A stretch of 64,000 nucleotides of DNA, taken from NCBI GenBank assembly GCA_965235115.1, contig OZ249440.1, forward strand, positions 34,040,001 through 34,104,000, given 5' to 3'. Source of the stretch: Laetmonice hystrix (lineage: Eukaryota). The notes beneath the pieces are model-generated. The model searched no databases. It was not told where the DNA came from and saw only the letters and a program-made list of their open reading frames with translations. How positions within the stretch are numbered: the first letter of the stretch is position 1; each line of letters begins with the position of its first letter. This document shows, piece after piece, positions 53,409 to 64,000 of the stretch. A program made the position numbers and the translations under genes.

Positions 53409-54610
53409 TTGAAATTGAAACAAATACAAACGTTTATTGAATGTCTTTTATACTGCAAGGGTACTACCAAAGTTGTAAAGCCTTCCAGAATAACCCACAA
53501 CAGTGCAACCCTGATTGATAATATCTATATGAAATGTAACAGCACTGGGAATATTGCATCAAGAAAAATAACTACTGATATCTCTAATTATCTGCCAATA
53601 ATACCATGCATTGGACTAAAGAACCCCCCCCCCCCCCCCATAAAAATGATCCTTTAACTTTTAGCTGTGCGAATGTGGGTAACCAGCAGCCGCCAGTTTC
53701 TACAGGCCAGGCACACAGGCCATGAAGTTTTAAGCAAGTTAGAAAAGATTGAACCCAATGCTCAAATAGTTAATATATAAGCATTTTAGTGCCGTATCCT
53801 GCTCAGCGGGTGGATACTGCCATAGTGTCTGCTAATTTTGGCGTCACAGGGCTTGAAGAATCGTAGCACGACTGCTCTCCAGTTTGGGAGGAACTAAAAA
53901 CTGACACATGTAGCGTTGGGCTATTCTGAAGGTAACGAACGTTGACAGCTTACATGAGCGATATTTGTTAGAACATAGACGGAACCCATCGATAGTAGGA
54001 GTCACTAGGAATTAAGCCCACTGACATCCCCGATGTGTTCCGAGTGCGTCAGAGCAGGGGCCACTTTTCCACGGTGTCCGTGAGCAAGGGTGAGCTGAGC
54101 TGAGCAAGGGTCACTTTTTCCGCGAGCTTGCTCACCTTGCTCACCTTATGGGACAAAAACAACCCCAAAACACGAAAACGGTGAGAATGAGCTCACGCTC
54201 ACCCTTGCTCAGCTCTTCCTTGCTCACGGTCGAAAAATAAACAAAAAAACGGGTCCAGGTGCCAGACTGCCAGCAGCAATAATTTGCGCTTAATAACTTG
54301 TGCTTCTCAGGCACTCGGATCACACTCAGCGCTGTCCTCCTTCCTGGGCTATCTATTTCGGGTAAAAACACAATACTACCAAGGGGAAACATAAGTACGT
54401 GTTGAATAGACTTACTGTGAAAGGTAAGTATAAATGGAAGCCTAGCAGCAGTCAAAATGTGATTTGTGACAAGTCTTTGCCTTTATCATTGATAATTTAA
54501 AAAGCATAGATTGGACTGAGGTTCAAGGTGAGAATGTAAATGAGTCATATAACCTATTTGTTAAACTGAACAGTGTAATCCATCAAATAGCTCCACTAAG
54601 AAAGGTTAAC
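53409..54610 (+). mobile_element. CR1/L2 LINE endonuclease fragment split by later insertions
   Basis: PSRITHNSATLIDNI..DISNYLPI (53409-53620) continues as LKSIDWTEV..NVNESYNLF..IAPLRKV (54490-54607). Confidence 0.7.
54058..54255. mobile_element. MITE with CAG flanks and internal GAGCAAGG repeats
   Basis: Inverted sub-terminal blocks CCGTGAGCAAGGGTGAGCTGAGC / GCTCAGCTCTTCCTTGCTCACGG; CAG on both flanks; outer TIR degenerate. Confidence 0.6.
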
Positions 54611-54876
54611 AATAATATTTACATACATTTTTTCTTATCCCGTAGCCTGATCCCAAAACCTATAGTCTAGACCTTCCCAAACTATTACTCATATCCCTAG
54701 CCCTGTCTCTACACCCTACCCCAATGATGTCAATTTAAATTTTACCATCTGAGAATAACCCTTTTACAAATCAAAGCTTCCTTATATACTTACCATTTAA
54801 AGTTCATCCACCTGCTTTAACAACAATATTTACATACATTTTTTCATATATACACATGTACATACGGTACAACACC

Positions 54877-55051
54877 GGAGCTACCCCTTAGTCACATCCA
54901 GCTCAGGGCCCTCACTAAGGAGCTACCCCTCACAGTCACATCCAGCTCAGGGCCCTCACTAAGGAGCTACCCCTCACAGTCACACCCAGCTCAGGGCACT
55001 CACTAAGGAGCTACCCCTCACAGTCACACCCAGCTCAGGGCACTCACTAAG
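54877..55051. repeat. 4 x 44-bp minisatellite
   Basis: GGAGCTACCCCTCACAGTCACA(T/C)CCAGCTCAGGGC(C/A)CTCACTAA at 54877, 54919, 54963 and 55007 (first copy 42 bp). Confidence 0.92.
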
Positions 55052-55480
55052 CTCCATGTACTTGCTCAGGTGAGCCGCAGGGGTTTCCTATGAAACATCC
55101 CCTCAAAGGGCGATATTTTGGTTGAACGTACTCCGAATTGACCACAAAACACTATAGATGTGTGTCTCCCAATCATCCTGAGTATTGTTCACCAACTGAA
55201 AGGGAACAAGAAATCTGTTTTTAAAAAACAGGGTGTTGTTTTTAATGGTTTACAAAATGGAACCTTCTAATTGGAGTTTAATACAAAGCTGTCTGAAAGA
55301 TTTTATGACATGAGGTTTAAAGTGTACGACTTGGTATATGTTTTTATTGGCATCACGTTTATAAATGGTCCTTTAACCATTGTTAGACATGCCAGCCACT
55401 CTTTGATTCGGAGGTCAGAGTGACGTGCTCCCCCCTTCAGGTTGCCGAGCGGTTTTCTTATTTTTTTACAGCAGTATTAA

Positions 55481-55985
55481 GGGGCAGACATTTTTTTTTT
55501 TTTTTTTCGAAAAAAAAAGGTTGACCAAGGTGGCAGGAGATGGTCAGACCGTCAGAAGGCCTAGATTTTGTTCCCAGATGCCAGGAAAACGTATATTTTG
55601 CACTTTAATTTTCAAATTTTTCTGCACGGGGAGGGTCACCAGCCCCCCCCCCCCCCCCCGCTCGAGGCTTCGCGCCTTTGACGCTTTCATCACTGGTCTG
55701 CACTTCAAAACTTGGAACTTGGGACCTATGATTTGGTCTCCCCCCCCCCACCTGTGAATATCTTCCGGCGCCTATGTCTGTGGAACAGGAATTTACGGGA
55801 TAACATAATGGTTGCTGCAGAATTATGTCCTGGAAAAAAAAGTTTGTCTCTGCAACCTTTGGGAAAAAATTGTTTGCTTTTGATCAGGGAGAAAAAAAAT
55901 AGTTTTTTGTTGGAAGTAAAAAATAAAGTTTGGTCAGAAAGAAAAACCATACCCCCCCCCCCCCAGCTATTAAATGGTCTGCCCC
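55481..55985. mobile_element. Non-autonomous element with TAA TSD (Zator- or Harbinger-like)
   Basis: TIR GGGGCAGAC / GTCTGCCCC; TAA on both flanks. Confidence 0.65.
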
Positions 55986-56073
55986 TAATGCCACTTTAAT
56001 TTGTAAGGGTGACGTGAGAACTGCTCAGTAGGCCTCGTCAGTTATTGTTCTCACATGCTGAAAATGGGGGTTG

Positions 56074-56402
56074 CAGTGGTGTAGGAAGGGAAAAAATATT
56101 GGGGGGGGGCAGAAGTAATGTCACAATGACTTACGCCTATGGCTCTACATTGAGCCTGCAGTGATTTTATAAATATTGGGGGGTAGCTGCAGCAGCCCCC
56201 TCCAGGGCTGTCCATCTGTCGCATTGTCGCAAAAAATGTGCGACAAGGACCCAGAGATTTGCGACAAGGGCCCCCCCCCCCCCAAAAAAAAAGACACCCA
56301 AAAGACCAGACACTTTGCTCCAATCAGTTGGAATTCTGCTCCAGGATTTGCAAGGGTGGCCACCCAGCCCTGCCCCTCTGCCCCCAGCTTCCTATGCCAC
56401 TG
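56074..56402. mobile_element. hAT-like MITE with a 5-bp TSD, containing a nested MITE
   Basis: TIR CAGTGGTGTAGGAAG / CTTCCTATGCCACTG; TSD GGTTG. Confidence 0.75.
56203..56372. mobile_element. Nested hAT-like MITE with a 6-bp TSD
   Basis: TIR CAGGGCTG / CAGCCCTG; TSD CCCCTC at 56197-56202 and 56373-56378. Confidence 0.7.
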
Positions 56403-57406
56403 GGTTGTAGCGGCCAGCTTTGACAGAACACGTTTAGTTGTCGAGTGACCCTGGCCCAGCAATTCTTGGACGCTCTGCGAGGAGGCCCGTTATCGCAACT
56501 TTGCGGCCTTCGTTTTGGTACTAAACTTCTTCCACGGAGCATGAAATCGATTTTTATTTAGAGATCCACGGTATTCCTATTTCTATTCCGACCTTGATTA
56601 TAATTATTGGATATAATTATATAACGTGACGTCCACACGGTCCGGTTGTTTACGAGCAAGTCGGGTCCATAGCTCCGTCAACCATCTGCGGTGCACCGAG
56701 TGAGCGGGAACTGATAAAAGTTAGATCGCTCGGGACTGGTATCCGAAACGGGTTGCTTCAATCTGTGCTTGTGCAGGTAGCACGATCTACTTATGCGGTC
56801 CGTTCCGGATCGACTGTAGAGGTCGGAAACACGCACACCCGATAAACTGGGTCACCGCTTGTCCCGTGCGCTGTGCTGTACTTGACCAAACAAACTGAGA
56901 ATTTCACCTACTATGATAACATCCAACAAAATACATTTACGTATCTGTTGAAGTAACCTCTTTTGTGTACTCATAGTGAATTTCAGTGCCAAAAGTGGTG
57001 AGTCTGAAACATGACTTTGAGGCGATGATGCATGATAGGATCGAGATATAACCCCGGAAGCATTATAGCGGTCGCTCGAAAACAGATCACCAGCGTGACA
57101 ACAACTAGGTCACAAAACCTTGTGCTTTGCGGTACTACTTGATGTTTTTACCCTAATCCATAGGAGTTGTACACACAATTTGATGACGTTTTCGACATCT
57201 CTAGCAACTGAACTTTCCAGACACAATGTGTTGTTTTATACCAACCTCTGTATGACACTTATCTTTTTTGGTCATAGCCTTTAGGAACAACACAAAAAAC
57301 AATAGCTAGTTAGTAACATGTCAGTGTAGGCCTACCTACAATGTACGGATAGTGGATAGATGCGATCGCACCTATTGGCTATATATAGGGGACAACAAGC
57401 ACTTAC

Positions 57407-58369
57407 CTTGCTGAGTCGTGTCTTGATGGTACTGTTGGTGCGCTCATCTTGGCCGTTTGTTTGGGGATGGTATGCACTCGTTACCAGGTGCCTAACCGAC
57501 CATTTCTTGTAGATGTTCTCGTTTATTTCCTATTGGGAACAATATAACGTCACTATAGATTTACAGGGAAAATATTTTTACTCTTATCATCATCAGTCGG
57601 ATTAAGTATTAGGTCTTACAGCATGCTAAAATTAATCGTTTGTTTTGAACTAAACCCCTTACGGCAGAGTTGAAAGATGCACCCTGGTCATTCAGTATCT
57701 TCTCAGGCGCACCCATCCTTGAGAAGATTTCTGTCAGTGCCCTGACTACAGAAGCAGATGTCTGGTCTGGGAGGGGCACAGCTTCAACCCACTTCGTAAA
57801 GAGATCGGTCATTGTCAGCAGGTATCTGTTGCCGCCTTGACTTGTGACGAGTGGCCCGGTAAAGTCCATCCCAACCATTTTCCAAGGCTCATGGACTTCA
57901 GTTGCGGTGAGACCGTCTTCATCTTTGCTGTCTTCTGACATTGGTGACAACTTTTACACTGAAAATTGGAATAGATTCAAATACACGGCCACAGGTTGAT
58001 ATATGAAGGATTACTATCTGGGCACACAAGGGAAATTCACTAAAGAAACATATTTATTGTGCAAGGTAACGCTTACCCATTCAGTAACGAATTATGTCAT
58101 CCCGACCCAGTAGTACCGCTCGGTGAGAAGAGCACGTGTTCTTGATTGGCCAGCATAACAGAAGAGTGACTATCTATATTATGATATCGGTGGATTAGTG
58201 TAGGTCATACTTTACCTTCCCATCGGAAGGACTGGCTTTGCTTCCTGATGGCACATTTCCGCCTTTTCTGCTGGATTGCTGGCAATGAGTTGGTAGTACC
58301 AGAGAACTCTCCCGATGAAAGGAAGAGGCAAATCTCTTGCAGCTCCACTTGTTTTCGACTTATCTCCGT
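57407..58369 (-). pseudogene. Ginger/GIN-like Gypsy-type integrase gene with spliceosomal introns, decayed and 3'-incomplete
   Basis: Exons 58369-58216, 58173-58077, 57958-57663 and 57529-57407 with GT-AG borders. Zinc-binding region AGQSRT..RYYWVGM..W|CKSCHQCQ; core EPWKMVGMD..TDLFTKWVEA..PEKILNDQGASF|..TSAYHPQTNGQDERTN (D-D-E present). Confidence 0.82.
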
Positions 58370-60309
58370 TGTTGCGCAATTTATCAGATTAAATGAGCTT
58401 AAGTTGTAATGAATTATTGATCGATGTTGATTTACTCGGTTAGCAATAGCTTGTGTGGAACGGGCTATAGTCGAGGGGGTCTATATATATGGCCCTCGTC
58501 CCAACCAACGCTTGAACATCATGGCGCCCACCAAAGTTGTTGGATCTAGGGATGGCACGACATATTGTTTAACGGTACATGAGCGTGTGGCCGTCATGGC
58601 CGTATTTGTCATAACTTTACCGGCGGCGGGTATACGTACCCAAATGTAGTCGGAATATGTTTTGGTAGTACTTTACTGTTTATTGATGCGCTATGGTTTG
58701 GTGTTGTAACAGGGGAGTGACCGAAGCCACGGCAGTGGTTGGAGGTCTGTCCGCCAATTTAAATTTAATTTGTAGAGGATTTTTCCACTCATGCATGTTC
58801 TCAATTAGATGGGATATATGGAATAATTTTAAAGTTGACACAGGTAAATTGACTCCATGTAAAATATTAGGATTAAAGTTCGATTTTTAGCTTCATGAAA
58901 TATTCCGGCGTAGAAAGAAGCATCGTACCTATTCTTTTTTTTAAAGAACTATACCACAGCAGGTATTTACTATACAAAACACGAGAGACAGAACGAATTA
59001 TGAGAGTAGGCCTAACGGCTCAGTCACAATCATGCAGGTGTCATTTCAGGACTATGTAATGTTACAGCAACCTTTGCACACCTCTACCAATAAATAGCCA
59101 CAGTTTATGTTCATTATGTGAAGTCTTGTTAACACACACACATCCATGCACCTTCTTTTGGTCGATGTTGAAGTTCATGTTTCTAAAAGTGGTTTTACAT
59201 GGTGGAAGAATGGCAGGTTTTAGTTGTTACGGGTTTGCACTTATGAAATTACGTAGTTTTGCATAATGTTACAATTACACTAATGTAGATATGCATAATA
59301 AATTTGTTAACATTTTTTCTTTATATGCAGGTATTCTGGTTGAAATCTGACCTCTGTGACGAAAGTACCAGAATGTTTTCAATAATGTGTTGTTTGTTAC
59401 AAAATAGCGATATTTTTATTACAATGACCAAAACCTTACCTGATATCTGTAATTTCCGACATAAATGCATACTAATGCCACTGGTTTAAACTTAATAATG
59501 TTTATTTGGAACTGGGATGGAGAAAAAAGTTTGGGTGTTATCATATATGAAAATAGGTACGAATCCTTTTGCAAGCTGATATTTCCGGAAATTTTTGTCC
59601 TGTCCGTACCCCATGGGGCATCTCGCTACTGTAAAAGCAGCTACTTGCGCCATATTGTGCATGTGTAGCCCTTCTTTGAACGTCCTTAAATACAATATTT
59701 ATAAGAGGTTTCACACTGTTGCGTCCTGAAAAACAAGACACAACTCACATTTTGTCCTGTCCGTCCCCGTCGTCCTGTCCGTACCCCCTTTCTATAGGCT
59801 TTAATTTGATGAAGTTTTATCAAGTGAATATGACAATATGTTGATTATTTACAACTGGATAAACTGTAAAGGCAATAATACATTTAGTTCATACAATATT
59901 TCGCTCAAAGCTTTAATACAAGGGAAATATACTGACGGAAATATACCACCTAAACTTATATGCTTCAAAAGTGTATTTTAGTTCAGTAAATCTGGTGCTA
60001 ATATTGTGATTACTGCATTAATTTGCAATACTTGCTACATTATATGTATAACTATAAGAAATTTAAAAGCTATCTGATTTCTGCTTTAATTTAATAGGCA
60101 GCACTGCAACCCGAAAATAATGAAGGGGGTACGGACAGGACATTATTATAAAGTGAAGGATGTGTGAACATAATCAGTTTCTGTTTGCATATATTGCAGT
60201 GAGTGTGTGAGTGAGTGAATGAGTAGTGGTGGTTTTCCGCCGTGTCAGCACCCGGGTCCATCTTCATGGCAAAAACAGGGTTAAAAGACCATAAAGTGAA
60301 AGGAACCCA

Positions 60310-60745
60310 TTTTATCCCGGGCCCCAACGGGAATTGAAACAAACTCAATCCTGTCAGCCCAACAGGGCTATCGACGAGCCTGAACTATAAAAGAGTCAGA
60401 AGTCCAGCCTCTGGCAAAAACTCTAAAATCACATACTGGTCTGACATTGCTAAAAAGGTCCTTAAGACTTGTCTCATCATAAAACCGTTGTCTGATCAGA
60501 GTAAATTCACCACACTCAAGTAAAAGATGCTTCAGTGTCAAAGGACACTGACAGCCATAACATTCTGGAGGTGGCTCCCCCTTCAATAAAAACACGTGGA
60601 TTAATCTAGAATGACCAATCCTGCATCGCGTAAAAACAATTTCATGCCAGCCATTTGTTCTTAACATAAGCCCAGATGGTATTGGTAGGTCTGAGATCAG
60701 ATTGGACACGGTTTTACATCTGTTTCAAGAGCCCTCTTGGTCATT
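60310..60745 (-). mobile_element. Second, shorter copy of the RNase H LINE 3' end
   Basis: KRALETDV..HEIVFTRCRIGHSRLIHVFLLKGEPPPECYGC closely matches 38880-39345, including the 3' UTR CCCGTTGGG.CC.GGGATAAA. Confidence 0.85.
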
Positions 60746-60954
60746 TGACGATCTGAATTTGGTTTGTCGGCAGCCCTGTCCTGTCCGTACCCCCATGGGA
60801 CACATGTTATTTGAAACCTGGTATCTCGAAAACAGAGTGATAATGCTTCACAGGGTTTGTTATATTTGAATCCTGACACATTTCTGCAAAAATCATTGTA
60901 TGACTTACTCCTATTTGATGAAAAAAAAAAATTGGACCAATTTGCAAACCACTG

Positions 60955-61103
60955 GGGCCCGTCTTACTAAGCCGGCGACATCGCCCGTCAAATGTCGCCA
61001 ACGTTAAAGCAATGGGGCACGTCGCCAGAACAGGCGACATATTTACTTATATGGGCCGGCGACGTCCCATTTGGCGATGTCGCCGGCTTAGTAAGACGGG
61101 GCC
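60955..61103. mobile_element. MITE, PIF/Harbinger-like, CTG TSD
   Basis: ~31-bp TIR GGGCCCGTCTTACTAAGCCGGCGACATCGCC with a near-perfect inverse; CTG on both flanks. Confidence 0.85.
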
Positions 61104-61309
61104 CTGGGTACCCTGATTGTGACTGAGCCGTAAGTTGTCCACCGGGATACAATGCGAATGAAGAGAAGGTAAGGATAGGGGCACTGCTATTCTAGATACA
61201 GAGGACGGGTCCATGGTATAGGCCTTTTCGGGTTATTTCACAGCATAATCGACTCTTTTGAGATCGGGTGTTGGTCCTGAAAAGGACCGTTGGTGTTGGG
61301 GACTGTTCT

Positions 61310-61962
61310 TCAGACACGCCCTAACCGCTTCATCTGCTTGATGATGGCGAAGCGGGTGTTGATCAAGTACCTTTTGATGTACTTGTCTGTCAGGTGCGCT
61401 TGATCTGCGAACTTTCTGGGGTCGGGTGTTCGCCCTGGCCCCCACAGACCGCATTGTACCCAGTAGACGCACAGACCATCCACCCGCTCGGTAGCGTACT
61501 TCTCCAGGGCGCGGTTGTAATCATCCACCTTGCTGTTGAAGTCGGGGACTCTGGGGGGGCGCCAACTTGCGTGGCAATACCTGAGCCACCACCACATAGT
61601 GTTTCATCACATTAATAATCTTGTCGATGTGACATATTAGCTGTGCGTGGTGTTGTCTCAGGTGTCGCAAAGTCGTTGGTGCCAATGTCTAGGAAGACCA
61701 GGTCGGGCTGGACATTGTGGCACAGCCGCTGGGTGCGGAGCAGGTTGACCAACATGTTAGCCGCGGTGAGGCCTGGCAGCCCCGCCCAGGTGACGATGGC
61801 TCCACGGAGGTTCAAATCATTGTCCATGAAATCGGGGTTTCTCTTCATGCATCGTCGGGCCCGTGTGAGGAAAGAGTGGCCGTGGAGAAGGACCCTCATC
61901 TTCTGTGGGGAGGATGATGTCGGCAGGGTTACTGGCGTGAGCTTCTGACGGAGATCTTCCAT
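61310..61962 (-). pseudogene. SGNH/GDSL-like hydrolase, intronless and frameshifted, probably retroelement-borne
   Basis: Block I LHGHSF, block II GLPG, block III PDLVFLDIGTND, block V ADQAHL; split over several frames. Confidence 0.7.
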
Positions 61963-62046
61963 GATTTTTGTCCAGGATACGAGATGGTGACGAGAGTTTG
62001 ACGCCTATAGCCGCCAAAATAGTACTTCGGACTACTATCCTGACGC

Positions 62047-62127
62047 TACACCGGTGTAAGCGGGATAGGCTTACACCGGTGTAAGCGCGATAGGCTTACA
62101 CCGGTGTAAGCGGGATAGGCTTACACC
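62047..62127. repeat. ~3.3 x 25-bp tandem repeat containing an 18-bp palindrome
   Basis: TACACCGGTGTAAGCG(G/C)GATAGGCT at 62047, 62072 and 62097, with a partial copy at 62122; palindrome GCTTACACCGGTGTAAGC. Confidence 0.9.
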
Positions 62128-62604
62128 ATCCTTTTGCCATATGTAGGAAGCCCAAGGGGTAAAGTTATTCATAATTCTGATAGCAAATTCATGGAAATTT
62201 AGGTAACTTACTTGTATTCTATTATTACTTTCAAGATTCGTTTTCAAATAACTACAACCGGTCCAATAGCTATGTTTGCTTTGTTTTAAACAGTTTTTCA
62301 CGGGACAGAACGGGAGAAATAAATTACTTATTGACACTCAACTGTCTCTGGCGAGGACCCTTGGGCCGCCTATGTATCTGCGTACCCTGCGAACATTATA
62401 CTATACTGAGTGGTTAAAAGAATATATAGTACATTCGGAAAGTGCTAAATACTTTAGGTGGAGAATCACATGACAACACCAGTATCCCTGAAATCTTTCA
62501 TATAAATGGTCAAAAGGACAATGATAAGACAACAATAGCAAATGAGTTCTGTAAATGCTAGAAATGTCGGCAAACGATTAGCAGCTAGTAGGAAAAAGTC
62601 GGTG

Positions 62605-62845
62605 TACCATTCCTTTGATGCCATAGTAGAATAGCTTATTTAGTAGGATTTGATGATTTATAGTGCCGAATGACTTGAATAGGTGGAGATAAACAGCTAC
62701 AGAATGGTTTTTGTTATTTAGCGAGGGAAATAAGTCTGTTAAGAATCTGGTACTTGCATCAAGCGTGGAGTGCTTTGGTCTAAAGCCATATTGGCCTTGA
62801 TAAAGAACATTATTTTGTTTGAGAAAGTTATCGTGTAAAGTACAC
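62605..62845 (-). mobile_element. CR1/L2 reverse transcriptase fragment
   Basis: QYGFRPKHST..VYLHLFKSFGTINHQILLNKLFYYGIKG. Confidence 0.8.
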
Positions 62846-63149
62846 ACTCATGTAAAATACGCAGGCGATTGTTTTGGCCAAGATCTAGGAGGAAAATTAG
62901 GCCCACTAACACCATCGCATAGCGTCTGGGACCCTAGGTGTGAACTGTTGCAGCCAACTCCAGTCATAGGGACAGTTAGCATGTCCAGGCTGGCTAGACC
63001 ATAATGTAAACGCGTCATTCTTGCCTGCTCCGCTTTGGTCGGCGAGTAGTCGACGCACTACGCCGACACGTTTTCATTGGTGGTCTATTCCAAAGGCATT
63101 GCATGCACGCGCCTCTATCCAGGCAGAAACGGTTTCGCAAGAGGAGTTC

Positions 63150-63500
63150 AGTATGTTTATTTTTGTTCCCAAGGCGAATATGACTTTGTAGACCCATGAC
63201 AAGGCTCATCAAAGATGAAGCTGGATATTCTTTGCCATCCTTTTTCCTCACTTCACACGAACTTGGAGAACCAGTAGTTAATTTCTGATGTGCCCATACA
63301 TTTCAGGCATAGGCGGATGACTTTATGCTTGTCTTTGGTATTGTACACTTGTTGTTGATTATTCCTATTTACAGACCGATTTGTAAAGGTTCGACATGCC
63401 CAAGCATTACTTCTCAAGAGTATTGGTGTTCCCTTTTTCAAAAGACTCTATTTCGCTGTCATTCAGGGGTTGAAGAAATATCCCTCATCTTCATAATCAC
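63150..63500 (-). pseudogene. Crypton-like (DUF3504-associated, KCTD1/ZMYM-related) tyrosine recombinase N-terminal fragment
   Basis: SNAWACRTF..EINYWFSKFV*(E)VRKKDGKEYPASSLMSLVMGLQSHIR; catalytic domain absent. Confidence 0.65.
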
Positions 63501-64000
63501 TCTCCTGGAAAAGAAAGATTTACAAAAATAATTTTAAGAATTTTATTTAGACCTTTGTCATCGGTGCGATTCGAGTCGTCACCGTGGCACTGCATTCATG
63601 GCCCATCGCCAGATAATCCAGACTAGTACAATAGCCAGTACCTACCTCAACATGACTTCCTAATGGCATGCCCCAGGAATGACAATATTCCATACGCTCG
63701 TTCATGTTGACAGGTTGACCGGTTGTTTAAAAATGGCAACCAATCATCAGGACTCATGTCCACAACGTACGTCGGCCCTATAAGGGACATGCATGTGTTA
63801 TTTGCTATCTAAGGAAATCACTGTAGGTTTTTCGGGTTTTCACTTTTAAATATCGACGATTTCACTTTTCTTTATTGCGAATAGAGGACAACGAAGTAGG
63901 AATAACAATTGAGAAGACAGAAAACCTTTCTATGAAGAAAAAATATTACCAAACGAAAAACATGAACACACAAGAAATATTTCCCTTATGGGCCACAGTA

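Larger units (their letters stand above)
59016..61130. mobile_element. Non-autonomous PIF/Harbinger-like element with nested insertions
   Basis: Perfect 17-bp TIR CGGCTCAGTCACAATCA / TGATTGTGACTGAGCCG; TAA TSD at 59013-59015 and 61131-61133. Confidence 0.8.

Noticed and set aside
54607..54845. ~28-bp direct repeat TAACAA(T/C)AATATTTACATACATTTTTTC flanking ~185 bp
   Set aside because: AT-rich, and the enclosed sequence has no tail or TIR; cannot tell a TSD from a local duplication.
54877..55070. Possible further host exon ending CAG|GTGAGC
   Set aside because: Good donor, but it overlaps a frame-breaking 44-bp repeat and has no clear acceptor.

Overview
Eukaryotic, probably invertebrate, genomic DNA in two halves. 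(1) 1-27206 is one tandem array of about 410 copies of a 62-70 bp (mostly 66-67 bp) monomer. Each monomer has a near-invariant double-hairpin core and a variable C-rich tract. The array shows nested higher-order periods (333 bp, 5233/~5340 bp, possibly ~22.5 kb) and 12 copies of a locally inverted monomer that forms a 36-bp-stem hairpin. All ORFs called in it are translation artefacts. (2) 27207-64000 is transposon-dense DNA. It holds two in-frame exons of an unidentified host gene, whose intron carries a full-length but decayed AcademX-type DNA transposon (13-bp TIRs, TTT TSD, 4 exons, transposase + XPG-like nuclease + Cys8 finger). It also holds RNase H LINE fragments, a Ngaro/DIRS-like remnant, a chimeric CR1-group LINE with a recent 2165-bp tandem duplication, an intron-containing Ginger-like integrase, an SGNH hydrolase remnant, a Crypton-like fragment and many MITEs with readable TIRs and TSDs. 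No rRNA, tRNA or CRISPR array is supported. Family names come from motif recognition only; no search was run.
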